In this document: in pieces, positions 9,864-19,877 of the stretch
Layout of the letters: every line of letters starts with the position of its first letter
Position numbering within the stretch: the first letter of the stretch is position 1
Source of the DNA: Thermodesulfobacteriota bacterium
Lineage (GTDB): Bacteria; Desulfobacterota_D; UBA1144; Nemesobacterales; Nemesobacteraceae
Direction: 5' to 3'
Assembly (NCBI GenBank): GCA_965207685.1
Contig: OZ242294.1
Location: 1,027,896 to 1,091,895 of the forward strand
Length of the DNA stretch: 64,000 nt
Made by a program: the position numbers and the translations under genes
The notes under the pieces: model-generated
What the model was told of the DNA's origin: nothing
What the model saw: only the letters and a program-made list of their open reading frames with translations
The model's database searches: none

Positions 9864-10321
9864 GGGCTTCTCTCTCCTATGATCTGATCTTCAGGATCAT
9901 TGCCCACTATCCAAGTGCTAATGCGATCCATAAGAGTTTCAAAGTCAAGGCGTTTTTTGCCCTTAAGTGCACACTCCCATACTATAAGATATCTCCAGCC
10001 GTTTTCTAAAACAGAAGTCCGAACTTCTGCATCGCGCTGGCGGTTTCGATCAATCTTGGTTTGCCAAAATTCCGATCGTGTTGAGGGCATTCTAAAAAGA
10101 TGGCAGTCATGTCCGTGCCAAAAACAACCATGCACAAAAATCGCAGCACGGTAGCGTGACAAGGCTAGATCAGGTTTCCCACAGATTCTAGTAGAATGAA
10201 GCCTGTAGCGAAAACCGCGCGCATGCAAAGCCTTCCGGATCACCATTTCTGGCTTGGTATTTTTTCCTCTGACGCTGGACATTATCCGGCTGCGCGTTAA
10301 CGCATCCACTGTGTCAGCCAT
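9860..10321 (-). CDS. vsr: Very-short-patch-repair endonuclease
   Basis: 153 aa. SRIMSSVRGKNTKPE...RGFRYRLH...PDLALSRYRAAIFVHGCFWHGHDC...W.KI.RN..RD is the full Vsr signature. The start overlaps the stop of the upstream C5-methyltransferase by 1 nt. Confidence 0.9.
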   Translation of the reverse strand: MADTVDALTRSRIMSSVRGKNTKPEMVIRKALHARGFRYRLHSTRICGKPDLALSRYRAAIFVHGCFWHGHDCHLFRMPSTRSEFWQTKIDRNRQRDAEVRTSVLENGWRYLIVWECALKGKKRLDFETLMDRISTWIVGNDPEDQIIGERSP

Positions 10322-11424
10322 CAGGTCGCCACAACTTCCTCAGAAGCATAGTTCAAAGCTTTTTCACTGTTCAACAGATATGGAACCATGTAACGGGCTA
10401 TACATTCCACAACGGGTACGGCAACCGCGTTTCCAAACTGTCTGTATGCTTGGTTGTCACTGACCGGAATCAGAAAATCCGATTGGCCCGGTCCGTCGAA
10501 ACCCATGAGGCGCGAACATTCTCTAGGTGTCAACCTTCGCGGGTTGCCTTGCTTGCGCCTTACAAGAATCTCCGAACCATCCTTGTAGTAGCGTGCGGAA
10601 AGAGTACGAGCTACATCCTCAGATCCTACAAGCCCAAAGCCAAATCCGTTTCCACGTCTGCGATGTTTCATTGCATAATCCTGAAGGTATCGCCACAATC
10701 TATCAGATAGAGTGTACTTGCTGTTCACGCGGCCTTCGTAGTCGGTATAGTGCTTGTCCTTCCCTTCGGTTCCATCTTCAGGGTGAAGAACTGTCCCCAG
10801 TCGTGGCCCCTTAAGGGGATCAGGAATGTAAACATCTTCAAGGGAAAAATCCGTCCGCTCACGAAAACCTACAATGAAAATGCGTTCGCGGTGTTGAGGA
10901 ACAAATCCTTTGGCATCAATCACCCGACAGCTTATATGATAGCCCAAGTCATCCACAAGAGTTTTGCGAATAATCCGAAAAGTATTTCCCTTATTGTGAT
11001 TGACAAGGTTTTTTACATTTTCAAGCAAAAATGCCTTTGGCCTGTGATGTTCAATGATCCGTGCCAAATCAAAGAACAGAGTGCCTTGGGTTTCGCAACG
11101 AAATCCGTGTGCATGTCCAAGGGCATTTTTCTTGCTTACTCCTGCAATCGAGAAAGGCTGGCAGGGGAAACCCGCCAGAAGAAGATCATGCTTCGGGATA
11201 TCAGTGACATCCACATACCTGATGTCACCTGCCATAATATGATCCTCACAGTCACGGTAATTGGCCAGATAGGTTTGCTGGGCATATTTATCCCATTCGC
11301 ATGTAAAGGCACAATACCCTCCTAAGCTATCAAAACCCTGACGCAATCCCCCGATCCCCGCAAAAAGATCAATGAAGCGGAAAGAATTTGTTGTATAAAG
11401 AGAATTTCCCTTGTTCCCCTTCAT
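10321..11424 (-). CDS. DNA (cytosine-5)-methyltransferase (dcm-like partner of vsr)
   Basis: Motif [11 protein letters not shown], motif [10 protein letters not shown], motif VI ENVKNL, motif [14 protein letters not shown], motif [15 protein letters not shown], motif [14 protein letters not shown]. Translationally coupled to vsr, as in the canonical dcm-vsr arrangement. Confidence 0.9.
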   Translation of the reverse strand: MKGNKGNSLYTTNSFRFIDLFAGIGGLRQGFDSLGGYCAFTCEWDKYAQQTYLANYRDCEDHIMAGDIRYVDVTDIPKHDLLLAGFPCQPFSIAGVSKKNALGHAHGFRCETQGTLFFDLARIIEHHRPKAFLLENVKNLVNHNKGNTFRIIRKTLVDDLGYHISCRVIDAKGFVPQHRERIFIVGFRERTDFSLEDVYIPDPLKGPRLGTVLHPEDGTEGKDKHYTDYEGRVNSKYTLSDRLWRYLQDYAMKHRRRGNGFGFGLVGSEDVARTLSARYYKDGSEILVRRKQGNPRRLTPRECSRLMGFDGPGQSDFLIPVSDNQAYRQFGNAVAVPVVECIARYMVPYLLNSEKALNYASEEVVAT

Positions 11425-11794
11425 GCGCTGCCCTAGTAAGGTTTTCTAAGTATCGTTATTGCTGACTTGTGCGGTTTGGAATTTCCTTCCCCCGTTCCAA
11501 AAGAACCTGTTCCGAATAACCAAGCAAGTCGGACAGTTGCGACAATGCTATGACAACAAGACAGCATAGCACTGAAAACTCGGGTTGCCTGTTCATATCA
11601 GAAAATGTTTCTGTATAGCACAGAACTAACGCTAATATTATGGCGTACCAGCCATGGATTGCAAGGTGATACTGGCCATTAGGATAATTAGTCTTAAGAT
11701 TCTCCTACCAAGTCAGTTAAGCCAATAGAAAAGACCTTTCCTTGGAAAGTTTTCGTCGTGCAAATCGGGGGTTTCAAACATAGGGGTCAATCTA

Positions 11795-12520
11795 TTATCG
11801 CCGGATGTATTTTCTGATTTCTCCCATTGACAAGCAGACATCTTTTCGTCTGTGTACCATGCGGTGGCAGTTCGCGCATAGGACGACAAGATCAGTTGCA
11901 GGATTTGTTTTTCTCTTACCAGCGTTGTTTGCCAATGGCAGAACGTGATGAACTTCAATGAAGCCCTTACCTATCTCTCCATAGCACTCTTCAAAGTTAA
12001 AACCACAGGCCATGCAGTCGTAACCGTGTATGTCCAGCGCATTTTTTCTAAGCGCAGAATTGCGTTCGCGCCCGACTGAGATGTAGACTCGCTCACCGCC
12101 TTCCGTTCTCACATTCTGTGAAGCAGCATGAGTGGGTTCAGGCATGTTGTTTAGCAGGTCAAGCACAAATATTTCCAACTCTTCGTCAGAACAATCCCCC
12201 CATTCCTCGACTACGTCCTTGAATCTATTGCTCAGAGAGCGCTGCCGACCGTCTCTGTCTTTCCATCCAATACGGCCATTAGGGAACAAGGGATCGAAGG
12301 TGTCACGAGTATTCTTCATGCTGTTACGGAACTGCGAAGGTGTGCGACCATCACCTAAGGCATCGTAGAAAACGTCATACGCCGCATTCCAAGTTGTGGC
12401 ACGTAGTGCGACTGGTGGTCCGGCTGGCCCGTTGGACCTATGCTCTCCGCATCGGGCCAAATAGTAACTCGCAGTTATCATCTCCAATGACCGCTCGACG
12501 GGATTCGACGATTTTTTCAT
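11795..12520 (-). CDS. HNH-family endonuclease with an uncharacterised N-terminal domain (candidate restriction enzyme)
   Basis: The C-terminal beta-beta-alpha-Me zinc-finger nuclease motif is CMACGFNFE...EVHHVLPLANNAGKRKTNPATDLVVLCANCHRMVH. The roughly 150-aa N-terminal region has no recognisable motifs. It lies 370 nt upstream of the dcm-like methyltransferase on the same strand. Confidence 0.65.
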   Translation of the reverse strand: MKKSSNPVERSLEMITASYYLARCGEHRSNGPAGPPVALRATTWNAAYDVFYDALGDGRTPSQFRNSMKNTRDTFDPLFPNGRIGWKDRDGRQRSLSNRFKDVVEEWGDCSDEELEIFVLDLLNNMPEPTHAASQNVRTEGGERVYISVGRERNSALRKNALDIHGYDCMACGFNFEECYGEIGKGFIEVHHVLPLANNAGKRKTNPATDLVVLCANCHRMVHRRKDVCLSMGEIRKYIRR

Positions 12521-12674
12521 AGTAATCCTATATCATAGATTTTACACAGCATCAAAGGATGGTGTACAAGGGGAAAGAAACGAGGGATGAAAAAACCGTA
12601 TGAATAAAAACAGGCGCTTATACTATATAACCGCAGCCAGTTGCACCATTAGCGAAGCAATGGATTTTCAACCC

Positions 12675-12687
12675 TTTTGCAACCACA
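12675..12687. repeat. Copy A of a 13-bp direct repeat TTTTGCAACCACA (16/18 over the extended match) that brackets the GHKL four-gene module
   Basis: It lies in the intergenic region between the last module gene (stop 12707) and the HNH gene (start 12520). Confidence 0.5.
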
Positions 12688-12706
12688 ATAATATCCCAAA
12701 ATAAAA

Positions 12707-13462
12707 CTAGGCTGTTTTCAGTCTGTCCACAGCTTGACCTGCACATTCTTGAACAAACGCATCGGCTTCTGACTCGCTCAGTGCTTCAAAGACGATTCCA
12801 CCGCCTTGACGGTTGAGTACTTTCATGAACTCGCGAAAGTTCTGTTCGGCATCGGTAATCCATTCCCGTGTATCCATTGCCCGCAGAACAGCACCTGCGA
12901 TGTTTCTGCGGCTGCTCATCCAAATTCGCTCGACAAAGTTACTTCTGATGTCAGCGGTTTTCAGGATAAGCTCTAAAGCCTTATCTGTATTGTCTGGCAT
13001 GCAGGTTCGTGCAATGTGATAGTTCCACCATAGTCGCGACAGTGCATGGTCGTCACGAATGATTGTTTGAGTGGGCGCAAAGAAATGCCTTTCTATGGCG
13101 GAAACAAGATCCTCACCTTCTTTTCCTGTAAGCCAGCGTATTTTACTGTATTCAAATGCTTCCAGATGAGAAAGACGGACCCAGATACGCTCTTCATTCG
13201 CCAGTGATGGTGTCAGATTTTCCAGTGCCTTGCCGACAATTCTTGAATTTGCAAGATCAATCTCGATAATTCTGCGTTGCCGTGTCGTATGAAGCGTAGC
13301 AAGGAGATTCCCGTCGAAGTTGACTTTCGCAGAGATATCCCATGACGCTAGAGAAGCATATTCCTCAAAACCATTACCGGTATACCGCTCAATATTTTTT
13401 TGGATAGAGTTTTTAAGTTCGGACAACGCACTGTCTGAGAGATATTTAAGAGGTTCATTCAT
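12707..13462 (-). CDS. Hypothetical protein (last gene of the GHKL-ATPase module)
   Basis: A 251-aa ORF with coding-like composition. Its start overlaps the stop of the upstream ORF (ATGA, 13459-13462). I recognise no motifs. Confidence 0.45.
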   Translation of the reverse strand: MNEPLKYLSDSALSELKNSIQKNIERYTGNGFEEYASLASWDISAKVNFDGNLLATLHTTRQRRIIEIDLANSRIVGKALENLTPSLANEERIWVRLSHLEAFEYSKIRWLTGKEGEDLVSAIERHFFAPTQTIIRDDHALSRLWWNYHIARTCMPDNTDKALELILKTADIRSNFVERIWMSSRRNIAGAVLRAMDTREWITDAEQNFREFMKVLNRQGGGIVFEALSESEADAFVQECAGQAVDRLKTA

Positions 13463-14292
13463 CCGATGGACTCCTTTATGACTTTTATAGTTGCCCCTAG
13501 CGGTTCTCTTAGGAGTTTCTGTGCAACCTCAAGAGGCGATAAAGTATCATCTGACGGATCGATGCCCATATCGTCACATTTCGCCCCGAAAACTCTGTAC
13601 CAGCGTTTTCCCTGCAAGCTCTTGTCTATCTGAAGTCTTGAGACAATGTCCATGACGGCTGGCATGTAGACAGTGTTAAGAAGAATTGTGCGTCCCTCAA
13701 GGATGTTTCGCATGTTGGCGATGGACTTATAGGTTTCCGGTTCTGCCAGAATTGTAATCTTGTCCCCGTCAGGATCAACATTGATCATTCCCGGGTTAAT
13801 ATCTTCCCTCTGAGCCAAGTCGAATATAGTTTCAAATGGTTTGAATTTCTGCTGATCAATCGAAAATCGGAATTCCGGCCCCATAGCTATAACTGAACCT
13901 TTCGTTATGACGATGTCTTTGCCGAATTCATTGTCAATTAGAGGGCTTGAATAATTTCCGACATCTTCAAGAGTCCATATGACGGGACGCAGAGAAACCG
14001 CTCCATAAAGTCGACTTAATTCAAAAAATTTTTCCGATTCTCCGAGTGAAGCAGGCTGAAGGTAATTGAAGTATGTGCGTCTGCATATAGCAAAATATCC
14101 CGCGGAAGCCTTCTGATTTTCGATAAGAACTCTCAATTCATCACAGTTAATGGAGAAGTTTGAAACGATTTTCAACTGGTCCTCGTCAGTAACCTGATGA
14201 GAGAAAGACGCAGAAAACTCGCCAGTCGTATAATCGGAGGAAAATTCACTTAGAACAGGGTGCGGATAACGCATTCTCTCATTCAGCTTCAT
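13459..14292 (-). CDS. Hypothetical protein (third gene of the GHKL-ATPase module)
   Basis: A 277-aa ORF whose start overlaps the GHKL gene stop (ATGA, 14289-14292). I recognise no motifs. Confidence 0.45.
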   Translation of the reverse strand: MKLNERMRYPHPVLSEFSSDYTTGEFSASFSHQVTDEDQLKIVSNFSINCDELRVLIENQKASAGYFAICRRTYFNYLQPASLGESEKFFELSRLYGAVSLRPVIWTLEDVGNYSSPLIDNEFGKDIVITKGSVIAMGPEFRFSIDQQKFKPFETIFDLAQREDINPGMINVDPDGDKITILAEPETYKSIANMRNILEGRTILLNTVYMPAVMDIVSRLQIDKSLQGKRWYRVFGAKCDDMGIDPSDDTLSPLEVAQKLLREPLGATIKVIKESIG

Positions 14293-16184
14293 GCTGCTTC
14301 TCCTGTTTGCTGTTCTTCCTCAACACGGGAAGCTAAGATCTCTACGGGGCCAGTATAAGGGGCATCAAAGACCACATCAATGCTGGTACGCCGACCCGCT
14401 GTACAGGCTACTACAACAGCATTATTCTTGATTCGGCCTTCTGATGTGCTTACCGGGTTCAAACGTTCAGAAGCTGTCAAGCCGGTTGCATCAGCATAGA
14501 GCACAATATCTGCAGAGACGGGTGAAGTGAATTTGATCTGCTTTTTACTTGGGTTCGACCTGTCCGGTATCAGGACGCGTTCTGATATCAGTTTAACCGG
14601 TTTCATGATCTTCTTTGGACGCGGTGTTGGTTCGGGGTCCGGCGGTGGTGGGTCTGGATCCGGAGAGGGTTCGGGACCGGGTTCGGGACCAGGGTCGGGG
14701 CCGAGGGTCGGTGGCTGGGATCTCACAGGCTTGACGGGCGTGAGCTTTTTTGATTGGGGATTTGTTTCCATCCCAGCATCATCTTCGATTCTTTCTTCAT
14801 CCGAGGCAAAAAATTCATTCAGTTCATCAAGTTCCAGCGTATTCGATGGCTGTGACATGGCCAACTCTCGAATTCTGCCGCGTATTCTTTTTGCAAGTTT
14901 TTCAAAAACTTTCTGCCCTCTGGCTCTGAGTTCAGGGTCGGTTATCTGCTCTGCAGACAGACTGTCATGGCGGGGGTTTTCAAGTCGTTTGAACCACTCA
15001 CCTTCGTTTTTACCGGCAGGCTCTATAATTACAGCGAAATTGCGGTGGAGAGGGAAGCGTTTGAAGGGTTCATCAAAATAGGAAAGATTGTCGGTGATAT
15101 ACATGCCGTTACGAATGATGCCTATTGTATATCCAAGGCCGTCACGCATCAGCATGTGCATGCGAACCGTTCCCAAGCCTTCAATCTCAAGAAAGCTTTT
15201 CGTGGCGTTCTGTTTGTCAATCAGGCAGGCGTGGAGGATTTTCGCTGCGTTGAACGCAACACGTTCATTAAGCTCATCCACAGCCTTGTTGACCTTGCTG
15301 TCGTTGAAAAGTTCCTGAAGTGTTCCGCGATTAATTTTGATCAACCCGTTACCAATTTCAAATTCCATTTCTCGGCGCTCTATGGCACAGAAAAAATTCA
15401 TCAGGATTGCGGCCGCCATTTCGTAGCGCCAGTCCGTCCGGTTATTACGCATACAAATACAGAAAATTGAGGTTCCCTGTTTATCACGCAGAAGCCATTC
15501 CGGAATTTCACGGGGACTGTCTAACGGCATATACCCTTTCGGTTTGCCCCAGTATCCCTTCCGTCTTTTTTTCTTTCCGTCTTTTCCCGTATGAGAAATA
15601 AATTGTGTTTTTCCCATGCAGAGAACCTGTCTGTCTCCGCTCTCATCTGTGTAGAGAGTTGAAATGAAGACAGTATGGATATCTGAAAGGGCAAAAGTCG
15701 CATTCTTACCTATGCCGAAAGAACCACCAGAGTCTACGTCATCCTTTACGCTGATGCCGTCAGTTTTAGCAAGCGTATGGAAGGGCGTGCCCTCTTCACA
15801 TGGTCCACGAACGCCTTTCGTATTGAAATCTGAGATTCTGAGAACCTTGATTTTTTCTGCATTAAGGGTTTTCAAAGCGTTTTTGAAGAAGCCTTTTCCC
15901 TTCTCATTATTTGCTGCAACCGATTTATTCAAGCAGAGTTTTGCGGCTTCTCTATACTGCTTGATAGACGGAAATTTCTCTGACTCTACCCTCATAACAT
16001 CGAAAGTAACTTTTACGGGTTTATTAGCATCGTCGCAGGCGTCGCGGCTGTTCTGGCCTGTCTCACGAGCAGCTGTGGCGAATGGATTCTCCTGAAAAGT
16101 TGATATACCTCCTTCATTGAGGCCTTCAGCTTCTCCCCCTACATTGGGTAAAAATTCAAGTCGTATTTCACTCATCAATTGCAC
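14289..16184 (-). CDS. GHKL-superfamily ATPase (Hsp90/MutL/MORC-like Bergerat fold) with a Pro/Glu/Asp-rich linker and a small C-terminal domain
   Basis: N-box AARETGQNSRDA (E-x3-N-x2-D-A), G1-like LRISDFNTKGV, G2 box DSGGSFGIGKNATFA. This is followed by about 300 aa of unknown fold, then the linker GPDPGPEPGPEPSPDPDPPPPDPEPTPRP, then a roughly 100-aa beta-rich tail. It is not a paralog of the 5489-7465 GHKL protein. Confidence 0.6.
   Translation of the reverse strand: MQLMSEIRLEFLPNVGGEAEGLNEGGISTFQENPFATAARETGQNSRDACDDANKPVKVTFDVMRVESEKFPSIKQYREAAKLCLNKSVAANNEKGKGFFKNALKTLNAEKIKVLRISDFNTKGVRGPCEEGTPFHTLAKTDGISVKDDVDSGGSFGIGKNATFALSDIHTVFISTLYTDESGDRQVLCMGKTQFISHTGKDGKKKRRKGYWGKPKGYMPLDSPREIPEWLLRDKQGTSIFCICMRNNRTDWRYEMAAAILMNFFCAIERREMEFEIGNGLIKINRGTLQELFNDSKVNKAVDELNERVAFNAAKILHACLIDKQNATKSFLEIEGLGTVRMHMLMRDGLGYTIGIIRNGMYITDNLSYFDEPFKRFPLHRNFAVIIEPAGKNEGEWFKRLENPRHDSLSAEQITDPELRARGQKVFEKLAKRIRGRIRELAMSQPSNTLELDELNEFFASDEERIEDDAGMETNPQSKKLTPVKPVRSQPPTLGPDPGPEPGPEPSPDPDPPPPDPEPTPRPKKIMKPVKLISERVLIPDRSNPSKKQIKFTSPVSADIVLYADATGLTASERLNPVSTSEGRIKNNAVVVACTAGRRTSIDVVFDAPYTGPVEILASRVEEEQQTGEAA
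14628..14713 (-). repeat. Imperfect 12-nt tandem repeat inside the GHKL gene, encoding a Pro-Glu/Asp-Gly linker
   Basis: GGGTTCGGGACC occurs twice exactly, with degenerate copies on both sides. On the minus strand this translates to GPDPGPEPGPEPSPDPDPPPPDPEPTP. Confidence 0.7.
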
Positions 16185-16225
16185 CTCACATAAACTAATG
16201 TTCTTTGTTGTCTGCGTTTCAAATA

Positions 16226-16456
16226 TCAGCGACTGCTCAGCCGAAATGAATCGACTCCACCTTCACCATTTTCAGAGAACCTGCTTTTTGCAGCATCAAG
16301 TTCCTTTTGGAGCGCCTTGAAAATTTCACGCGCATCTTTCTCCGAATATTCATAAGAACCTCGGTTGGAGAGATTGCCAATAAGTCGGATATCTTTAACT
16401 GCACGGTTCACTCTGGCTTCCGCCAGCTCAACAAATTTTTTACGTTTATCACGCAT
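16226..16456 (-). CDS. Small hypothetical protein (76 aa), first gene of the GHKL-ATPase module
   Basis: The ATG at 16454-16456 (minus strand) is preceded by AGGAG with 8-nt spacing. The product is MRDKRKKFVELAEARVNRAVKDIRLIGNLSNR..., helical and charged. It ends 40 nt upstream of the GHKL gene. The longer ORF-track start at 16507 lacks an RBS. Confidence 0.4.
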   Translation of the reverse strand: MRDKRKKFVELAEARVNRAVKDIRLIGNLSNRGSYEYSEKDAREIFKALQKELDAAKSRFSENGEGGVDSFRLSSR

Positions 16457-16952
16457 CGTAAATCTCCTGTTTGAATGTAAGGTTACACTAAAATAGAATA
16501 TTGTCAATATATTTCACATATAAATACTAAATATATTGTTTAATTAAGCACTATATATGCCGAAAAACGGGGAATATATAAAGGCGAATTGCTAAGATAT
16601 GCGATTAGAAGGCGTTTAAATTTCAGATTTTTTCAGAGAGATGTTCAATAATGGAGCAGATATTCTTGTTTTTTCAATCCTCCGTTCCACCCCCTTATAC
16701 CCTTCTTGTTACAGGGTATAAGCAAAAAAACTTTAGGAAAAAAGAATAAAAATGCTCAGAAAGGAAATTTGAGGTGTCACCTAGTCATTTCTGGAGTATG
16801 CGAGGAGGGCTGCTCCCACCTCCTACGGAATTTTTTGGATCCAAGATTCTCCTCAGATTCTAGCAGATTTTGCCGCATAATTAACAGGAATCAATAGAAA
16901 TTATGCTAGCTCCTGTTTGCCGCTCTTAGTATAAAAAAAGTGATCAAACCAT

Positions 16953-16965
16953 TTTTGCAACCACA
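16953..16965. repeat. Copy B of the 13-bp direct repeat TTTTGCAACCACA
   Basis: It lies in the 635-bp AT-rich intergenic region between the small first gene of the module (start 16456) and ftsB (17142). Confidence 0.5.
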
Positions 16966-17141
16966 GCAATCTTCGGTTGCATCATTGGGCAACCATAATT
17001 GACCAGCAGCTTGGTCAGTGAAAAGTGAATAGGTTCGCACTCAGTGACGGTGACGAAACAAATTCCAATGAAATTCTAATCAGGGCTCCCATTTGCGATA
17101 TATTGTAAAAACCCACTACCCAACTACCAAGAACTGCAAGG

Positions 17142-17417
17142 TTATTCTTCTTTGAACCTGAATATCTTTTCTTTGTCTTTTATCATCCCCAGTTCTTCTC
17201 TCAGTATTTTCTCAATGTATCTTTCGTCTTGCTTCAGGGCCTTTATCTCTTCCCTGTACGCACTGTTCTGCTCTTCCAAGTCCCCTATCCTCTTCTCTAT
17301 CCTCTTGTTTTCGTTCTTGAGAAAATAGACCTTGGAAATCTCGTTGAAAAACATCAAGGCCACCGCCAAGGCAATCACCGAGTACACAGCCAACCTGATG
17401 AATCTTTGCGGTCTCAT
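17142..17417 (-). CDS. ftsB: Septum-formation initiator family protein (FtsB/DivIC-like)
   Basis: MRPQRFIRLAVYSVIALAVALMFFNEISKVY is a single TM segment, followed by a coiled-coil LKNENKRIEKRIGDLEEQNSAYREEIKALKQDERYIEKILREELG. This is the typical FtsB architecture. Start chosen at the internal Met (17415-17417). Confidence 0.65.
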   Translation of the reverse strand: MRPQRFIRLAVYSVIALAVALMFFNEISKVYFLKNENKRIEKRIGDLEEQNSAYREEIKALKQDERYIEKILREELGMIKDKEKIFRFKEE

Positions 17418-17424
17418 ATGTCCC

Positions 17425-19844
<2,420 letters not shown>

Positions 19845-19877
19845 GAGTCGTTCGGCAACCTGAATGATTCCTTGTTT

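Noticed and set aside
11425-11794. A possible small controller (C-protein) gene or ncRNA in the 370-nt gap between the HNH gene and methyltransferase 2 (ORF 11713-11958 -, palindrome TGCTATG-N12-CATAGCA at about 11547-11572)
   Set aside because: The only ORF overlaps the HNH 3' end and has no HTH-like sequence. The palindrome lacks a flanking U-tract and I cannot assign it a function from sequence alone.
14527-16095. Plus-strand ORFs 14527-15081, 14967-15470 and 15664-16095, antisense to the GHKL ATPase gene
   Set aside because: They overlap a longer minus-strand frame that carries recognisable ATPase motifs. The Gly-rich translation of the first is the complement of the Pro-rich linker repeat.
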